Source of the DNA: Eledone cirrhosa
Lineage: Eukaryota
Reading direction: 5' to 3'
DNA length: 64,000 nt
Assembly (NCBI GenBank): GCA_964016885.1
Contig: OZ024742.1
Location: 22,692,001-22,756,000, forward strand
Shown here in pieces: positions 53,400 to 64,000 of the stretch. A model generated the notes under the pieces. That model made no database searches and was not told the origin of the DNA. It was given only the letters and a program-made list of their open reading frames with translations. Positions within the stretch are counted from its first letter, which is position 1. Every line of letters starts with the position of its first letter. The position numbers and the translations under genes were made by a program.

Positions 53400-53720
53400 A
53401 AGGATTGCAAGGTAAATTCGTCCGTAGGCGTTATGCCGGTTGAGAACTCAATGCTCGCGCAGAGCAGAGTATAATATTATAAAGAACGAAGAATCAGTGT
53501 TACATCATCTCATTAACATATTACATACGTTTCTCCGTCGATCAACTCGAGGCAAGATCTGTTACAAATCGAACCCGACTCTGCAGATAACTGACGACCC
53601 TTCGACTGCAGAGTCGGGTTCGATCTGTAACAGATCTTGCCCCGAGATGATCGACGGAGAAACATATGTAATATGTTAATGAGATGATGCAAAACTGATT
53701 CGTCTTTCTGTTTAATATTA
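53396..53720. mobile_element. Fold-back element in (TA)n containing an HHR
   Basis: 53470-53586 is inverted at 53606-53722; the left arm is ~75 bp longer. Confidence 0.87.
53587..53674 (+). ncRNA. Partly decayed type I hammerhead with 61-nt branched stem II
   Basis: CUGACGA at 53591; cccuucga/ucgacgga; inner gaucug/cagauc; GAAAC auau GUA at 53659-53670. Confidence 0.6.
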
Positions 53721-56302
53721 TATATATAGTTAATATCATTAAAATATTTCGTATCAAACGGATTAAAAGCGAAATTTATCTCAGGTGAAAGGTGAAATTT
53801 ATCTAGAATATATTGTTTGGTGTTATATATCTACTACCAAACACTGTATTGACGAGTGTCACAATCAGTCGAAACCATTGTCATAAATTAAACTGCTTTA
53901 TCTTCTCTGGAAGATATCCATTTGAAAGAAATCTGTAATTAAAGAAGCCATGACGAAGAAATTTAACAGTGGTTTAGGAGGCATTTTCTAAACTAAACAC
54001 AGGTGCTTCTGTTAGTTTTACCAATTAGTTGCTTTATTGTTGTTGTTGAAGTCAGTGTTGGGTATTTGCAGGAGGCTCCTCATTAGTTCGAGATACATAT
54101 TCTTCTTTCTTGATTATCTTATATAGTATATTAACATCTGCTGGGCAGTTCATTTCCATTACTGTGCATGTCTTCTATTTTCTGCACATTACGTTGTTGT
54201 TTACACTTTCAAGAGCCAACTATTTATATGATGATTCTAGCCAGCTCACCATAACATCGAATGCATATATAAATGGCTACAGGTCAGTTGCTTCCGCCAA
54301 CCACGGGCAGCACTCAAACCCTGTAAGTTTTAATGTGTTGCTGACTATTGTGTGGCCTATGGTGAATCCTACTTGTGGTGTAATTGTATTTTCCTGCTCT
54401 CCTCTTGTTCCATTATGATTATTTTCTAACCATAGTTTCTTCCAGTATATTAGAAATCCCACTGGTTTCTGGTGTAACCTCTCATGTTTTTATTACTGTT
54501 CCTCTAAACTCGTTCGTCATTTATTTCAAAAACTATATTTGGAAGAAACGTCACATTTTTCGAAAAGCTTTAACTATTCGCTGGAAAAACAAGTAGTAAA
54601 ACAAAGTATATGTTTTTTTGTTGCAGAAAGTCTTTAATATAAATTTTGCTTCCATTTTTTCAAGTTGAAAACCCCCTCTTCCATTTTGTCACTTAACGAC
54701 AGGTTTTCGCTATTTTTAAATTACGTATTCAACATTTTGTTTCCATTTTCCGTCTTGGATTAGGGGCATCCGTCACTATTAAATGAAATCAAGTGTTCCT
54801 TGTTATTGCCACTGCTTCTGAATATTAAAATCCTTCAGTATGTCGTTATTGGAGAAAATAGTCATAGGGAGAAAATAGTGATAATGAAGGGAAGTTCTTG
54901 CTGAATCCTATTGCATTTATATACAATTTACCGGAGCTGCTTCTTTGTGTGCGTCTTAGCTTGTGGCACGAAATTTCATTGAAGAAACTTTCACAATGAT
55001 GCTTTTACTGAAACGACTTTTCTTGAAATACTTTCCATAGAAGGACATTTTATCGAATTGACATATTATAGAAACGAATTTTCAGTAAACAAGTTTTAGT
55101 ATATATAACGTATAATTTTTAGTATAGAATAATTCAAAATATAGAATAATTCTTAATATAAAATACAGATAGAATTTGTATCCAAAAATGTAATTTAAAA
55201 AAATAATACAACGGCATAAAATATTCTACCTGCATTATTTTTTCAAGTTAAGTGTTAAAGACTGTGACAAATAATTAATTATTCAATTATTAGCGGAATG
55301 ATATCCACTTACAATGTTCATTAGTGCATTGTAATATATTTTATCAAACTACGTTTCAGAGAATTATTTTCTAGAATAATATTTTTTTATCTGTTTGCTT
55401 CGTGTAATGCCATCATCTTTTATATGCATTCTTGTTTATTTAAGCATTATCTTGTTTTGATAGCACACACTGTAATCTATACTCCACGTGCTAGACATAA
55501 TTAACTGTATGAACATATTAATCGAATTATGTCATTCATTTAAATGTCTTTTATTCGTCTTTTTGAATGAAAATTATGTTTTCATTACATATATAAAAAA
55601 AAAATAGTTTATACGTATATAAATTTGTTCTATAGGGTGGTTTTATTGGGTGGTTTTCTGCTAGCAGGTGTAGTGTGTATATTGATATTATACGCAAGTA
55701 TATATACATGTAGATTTGATACATCAAATAAAATCGTAATTGACAATATCCACAGAAATTGAACGAAGACTGCGTTACACTGTCTTATGTAATCAGTAGC
55801 GTAATCCATGATACATTAAAAAAGACGATATTCTATATAAACTGCATTAGGAGAAAATTAGTGACGGAAATATGTGAATGTTTATTTAAGCGATCGCTAA
55901 CCGGAAGTGTTCACATTTGAAAATTTGAAAGTGAATCTTAAAATAAACAACAAAAATATTTATATTTCATCAAGAATAACAAAATTTAGTAGATAAATTA
56001 TGTAATATTCATTCATTATTTATTCAAAGTAATCGAACTTATTTTACAAACGGGATAAACAAATATATTCTAGACGTAGACCCGCACTCCTTACTTTATT
56101 ATAGTTTAGATTCATTCTATGAAAACTTCCAATGAAACGCCATTTAAAGAAAAGGTCGAGGCACCAGCTAAGACAGCTCTTTAGGTTGATCCGTGTTTAT
56201 CAATTTTAGATCTCTTTATTGTTTCTGTTATATCTCGCTCAATATTAATTCTACTTGATCTGTTCTGATGTATTTTGATACTGTTTATCTTTATTTTGAT
56301 AC

Positions 56303-56346
<44 letters not shown>

Positions 56347-56700
56347 CTTCTTCTTCTTCTTCTTCTTCTTCTTCTTCTTCTTCTTCTTCTTCTTCTTCTT
56401 CTTCTTCTTCTTCTTGGCATGGTTATGAGGTGACAGAGTCTTCAAACCTCCTTCCTCTCAGAAGCAAGCGTCTCCAGTTGATCCATAGGTAAGGGTTGGC
56501 ACAAATACCGAATTGAAGATAGCTAGTTTTACTTTCACCCACCTTCTGATTACTGAATGCTGAAGCTAACGCATTACTGCACCATCTCCTAAAATTCTGG
56601 CACTTAATAATGCAGCCTCCTGTCTCTCATCACTCGTGTACACGGCCCTGAGATACTTGAACTTCTCCACCTGCTTCAGTGGATCTCCAGTTACATCGAC
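56347..56700 (-). mobile_element. Internally deleted RTE-clade LINE with (GAA)n tail
   Basis: Minus strand reads LKQVEKFKYL...SVFVPTLTYG, joined directly to a 3' end and the (GAA)n tail. Confidence 0.75.
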
Positions 56701-57069
56701 AGAATGCTGAAGCTGCTGTTGATTTTGGTTTGGCTTTAGATTTGTTGTATTGCATTGCTTGTTTCTTCAGTGGTTCATTCTTTCGTATTTTCAATGTATT
56801 AGGAGGCCTCATTAATTTTATGTGTTTGTCTCGATTGTGTTGTTTGTTTTCTTTTGTGGAGTCTTGTGTGTTTTGTACGTTGTGGTTTCTATTGTAAATC
56901 ATTACTTTGATCTTTTGATGTATAACTCGCCCAGTGACCAGGTCGCAGATAGTTGGATGACAATATCAACACCAACATATGAACAATAAATACAAACAGA
57001 AATTAACAGCTCTTGTGGGTTTTGAATTGCTAAAATGATTCTTCCGCGTTATGATTGTTGCTATATCTA

Positions 57070-57197
<128 letters not shown>

Positions 57198-57206
57198 ATA
57201 TATATA

Positions 57207-59508
<2,302 letters not shown>

Positions 59509-59621
59509 AATATATATATATATGTATGTATACATTATATGCGTTTGTGAATATATATGTATATCTGTATATGTGTATGTGTGTGTGAATATATGTATGT
59601 GTGTATGTGTGTGAATACGTA

Positions 59622-59710
<89 letters not shown>

Positions 59711-60235
59711 CCTTAATCTCATAGATTTCACAAATTCATTTAAATCCTATGTTATCCCCTTTGTTTTAAAATACCTTAATATTTCCTCTCATTGATGAAA
59801 CACATTTCAATATTGAATAAAACCCACCTAAAGAAATATCTTGTCAAATAACTGTGCTGCTATCATATATTTGTATCTGCTCATCAATCCTAATTTAAAA
59901 CCATCATCGTCACAGTGTTATTTTCGGTTAAACAAGGAATTTTCTTCTGTATTGCCTCAGTTCACCTATTTGTAGAAATTATACATATATTAAATTATAT
60001 GCATAGATAAAATATAACTGAATAATACAGAGCCAGTTTTATGGAAAATTTAATATACATATGCATTCGTGAGTTTTATATCGGATAATCATATTATTCG
60101 ATTCATTTGCACGGAAACAACCTCATTACGCTATGTTTTTTTAGATGACCATCACCATTCGCTTGAATAAAATGATGACAATGGTCATCTAAAAAACATA
60201 GCATAATGAGGCTGATTGCTTGCAAACGAATCGAA

Positions 60236-60462
60236 GGGGGCGGTTTATTGGCAGTATCAGTAGAGAGTCGGACACCATGCTTTGACGCATAGAGTTACGG
60301 CCCTTTAGGTTCTGAGTTCAAATCCCGCCGATGTTAACTTTGACTTTCATCCTTACGGGGTCGATAAAATAAAGTACAAGTCATGTACTGAAGTCGATTT
60401 AATTGACTTTCTCCTTCCCCAAAATTGCAGGCCTTGTGCCAAAAGTAGAAACAATTATTATT
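60236..60462 (+). mobile_element. Full-length tRNA-derived SINE (octopus-like family)
   Basis: A box tggcagtatcag; B box gagttcaaatccc; ends agaaacaattattatt; several copies in the window. Confidence 0.85.
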
Positions 60463-60737
60463 CGATATAAAAGTTAAGAATGCATTTACGTATCCGCTAT
60501 GTTAGAGCAAAAAAAAAATCAAATTCTAATTTTGTTTTCAATATACATAGTACGTATTTCTCATTTCTAATATTATTTGTGAAGGCGTTTTGAAGAACGT
60601 GCAAGGAAAGGGAAACCAGAAGTCACAGCAGTGTGGAATCACAATATACGCAGAATTATTATATTCTATCTTGCTTTTGCACCAATACACCTATTTGTCG
60701 ATCTCCCCCTCTCCCCCTCTCCCTATCTCACTGTATA

Positions 60738-60817
<80 letters not shown>

Positions 60818-60820
<3 letters not shown>

Positions 60821-60881
60821 GAAAAAGTATGACTCCGACGGCAGAGCTCAAGCCGTTTCGACGACTATTTCTGGACTTAAG
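60818..60881 (-). mobile_element. Very short PLE-B-like 3' end in (TA)n
   Basis: ccgacggcagagctcaagccgtttcgac..tatttctgga matches 43500-43540. Confidence 0.8.
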
Positions 60882-60896
60882 TATATATATATATAT

Positions 60897-61244
60897 GACG
60901 AAGAAAAATATATATATGATTGAAAAACGAAGTTAATCCCTTGTAATTTAATGGGCTCAAGTGATAGAATCCGGGCTCTTTATAAGACAGTATATAGAGA
61001 AAAGTACACAAGGAGGTATGTGTTCCATTATAGGGGATAAAATACCACGAGAGGGAAAAACATATTGTCTACGAAAGGAATGGAGAATACATAACAATTA
61101 AAAGAATAAATTGAAATGCCCAAACCAACCTTTTATAACTATAACACCTGGACAAACTCATTTTAATTTATTACTTTGATATGTCTTCTCCATCCCTTTC
61201 GTAGACATTATGTTTTTCACTCTGGTGGTATGGTATCCTCTATT

Positions 61245-61250
<6 letters not shown>
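60897..61250. mobile_element. Older, diverged fold-back element in (TA)n
   Basis: 61030-61074 is imperfectly inverted at 61178-61243. Confidence 0.6.
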
Positions 61251-61313
<63 letters not shown>

Positions 61314-61584
61314 GTCTTTAAGACTATACAGAGCATTTGATGTTTTTCCAAATTGAAGGATGAGTATTTTAAACTTTATTTTATCATGAGTTAAGGGTCT
61401 ATTGAGTTTTCCCTGAATTTCACTAAATTCTGTGGATGAATTTGTATCCTGATTCTCTTTTGAGATGAGTTTGAATTATTTTTCATACATCTTACGTTAA
61501 CTATTTTTCCCATCTTGACGACATAGTCGCATATATGTTATGAAATACTGTTAGCTTCTCGCTAAAACAATTTCTATACCTTTC

Positions 61585-61628
<44 letters not shown>

Positions 61629-62316
61629 ATATATGGCTGCTCTCTAGCATGTTCTCCCAATTCATGAGAGCCGTTATTTGATGCAAATAACACGTGATTT
61701 CGCCCTACTCTGGGCAACGTGTTATTAGCTTTCTCTCTATCCATTAGGCTAGATGTGTGGTAAACAGTATCCATGCTTGCTGACTGAAGATCCTATGGGC
61801 TATTATACTGCACATTTCTGTGGTGAAACGAACTAAATTCGTATCAGCAAGCTTATAGTTATAAGGTTAGTAATTTAAAACTCTACTTCAGAGATTTGAT
61901 TCTGACTTAGGTTTTTTTCTATTTCATTGCTAACCTGTAGGTATTGTTATCCATACAGTAACGGTTAAAGTCACGTGTAATAGTTTTTTACACACATCTC
62001 ACTGTGTAAGACACTTCTCTCTGTGTAATATATTTGTATCTATACAAATATAATATATTTGTGACACACACACACTTATATATATATACACGTATATATA
62101 TATACGTATATATATATATATATATATGTATGTATATACTGTATATAATATATGTATGTAAAAGTATATACACACACGCGCAAATATAGTTATGAATGTA
62201 TGTAGGCATTAAGGATAAAAGAATACAACAGTACTATGATGATATACTTTATTGTAACGCTTGATATAGTAGCAAAAGTGTCCTTAAGCATATATATACA
62301 CACACAAATATATATA

Positions 62317-62403
<87 letters not shown>

Positions 62404-62691
62404 TGTGCTTAACGGCACTTTATATATATATGTGTGTGTGTGTCTGTATATAATCAAATAATTACAGTACAGATGCACACAATGCACATATAAATATATA
62501 ACGTGTGTTTGAATTCATATGTTTAATTAAACATCTATCAATATCCTATGATATACAACCTATAATGACCTTTGATGTGTTCAGATAATCTATATGATTA
62601 GTAAAAGCGCTGATCTATTTAGTTAATATATATATGATATGTTTAGAAAATCTATGATTTTTTACAAGTATTCTACAGTGTCTATTTACAC

Positions 62692-63029
62692 CAGAGGTTC
62701 TCAAACTTTTGGGGCCACCGCCACCCTCACTGCCACGTAAAACCCTCAGCGACACCCAGCCCTATTTACAGAGAGACCTGCCTACATATAAATTGTAAAT
62801 AATATATAATAAATAAAATCGTTAATTTATATATAAATAATATAATATATAATATGTATAAATAAATATATATTTTTTATTCTACTATATTTATATATAT
62901 ATGTATCATTTCATATTTGATATAATATCATATCATCTCTACCGACCCCCCATCACCCCCTTAGCCCCAGTGCCACCTGGACTTTCTCAACGTCCCCTGG
63001 GGGATGGTGGCGTCCACCGAGAACCTCTA
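62692..63029. mobile_element. hAT/Charlie-like MITE
   Basis: TIRs cagaggttctc / gagaacctcta; 8-bp TSD atttacac at 62684-62691 and 63030-63037. Confidence 0.85.
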
Positions 63030-63544
63030 ATTTACACTATATGTTTAGATATAATCTATCATATGCTGAACATGACTGAGTTCACCTCCCAATGTAGAGA
63101 GCTGGACAAATTACTTAAAATGATATATTGGACACTTTAACGATTCTGTCACTCCACCGTTTGTGACGTTACGACTATAATACAGTTATGACACAACAAC
63201 TTTACTGTTACGGCGTTACATCTATAACATTTGTTGGCGGCCGAAACACTGCCCCGCCATAGGAACAGAGCCCGTCACCCTCTCCCTTTCCCATCGTTTT
63301 CTTCCGTGATCTAAGAGTCCTTGCTCATTTCCTCCTTTTCTTCTAATTTATGGCATTTATTGTCCTTTCCTCTACAGCCAGATCTGCTCTTCTTTACCCT
63401 CCCCCTTAATTTTGTTTTTATCTTTTTTTTCATATTTCTATCATGGTATAACTTCTGTCTGTAAAATATAGTTTACATAATATGTTTATGTATAACAGAT
63501 TACCAAATAATATTTTTATTTATAGAAACTACTCACAATTTATT

Positions 63545-64000
63545 ATGACATTAAAACTGTAATATTCTGGCTATAACATTACAGCTATGACATTAAAACT
63601 GTGAGATTACAGCTATGACATTACAGTTATGACACTAGAGCCATGACATTACAGTTATGACAATACAGCTATGACATTACAGATAGGACATAATAGCTAT
63701 GACATTACAGTTAGGACATTACAGCTATGACATTACAGTTAGGACATAGCTATGGCATTACGGTTATGACATAACAGCTATGGTATTACAGTTATGACAT
63801 AACAGCTATAACATTACAGTTATGACATTACAGCTATGGCATTTCAGTTAGGACATTCCAGTTGTGACATTACAGTTAGGACACAATAGCTATGACATTA
63901 CAGTTATGACATTACAGCTATGATATTACAGTTATGACATAACAGCTATGACATTACAGTTAGGACATTCCAGCTATGGCATTACAGTTATGACATTACA
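63545..64000. repeat. 14-bp minisatellite (runs off the right edge)
   Basis: acag(c/t)tatgacatt repeated. Confidence 0.95.

Noticed and set aside
54050-55100. Host exon or transposase remnant
   Set aside because: Stops occur in the frames I read, and there is no recognisable motif.
55890-55912. ETS-like CCGGAAGT promoter motif (also YY1-like AAAATGGCG at ~18010)
   Set aside because: These are isolated short motifs with no associated gene evidence.
60236-60330. tRNA gene
   Set aside because: A and B boxes are present, but there is no cloverleaf; it is the head of a multi-copy SINE.

Overview
This is an AT-rich, repeat-dominated eukaryotic window with no recognisable host gene. The tRNA-type SINE resembles families I recall from octopus genomes, so a cephalopod origin is likely (inference). 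It contains a 71-bp satellite with higher-order structure (1-8.8 kb), a 58/61-bp (GGT)n-derived minisatellite (19.7-28.2 kb) and three Penelope-like retroelement (PLE) families encoding RT and/or GIY-YIG (31-41.7 kb). It also has fragments of Tx1/L1-, RTE- and R4/Dong-like LINEs, SINEs and MITEs. The main signal is about a dozen unrelated elements sitting in (TA)n microsatellites as tail-out fold-back insertions, with one short and one long 3' arm. By manual folding, many carry type I hammerhead ribozymes (HHR). Some are the minimal PLE form, but six families have a 39-115 nt, often branched, stem II, and one has a covarying U3-A8 core. All folds were paired by eye, activity is untested, and novelty was not checked against databases.
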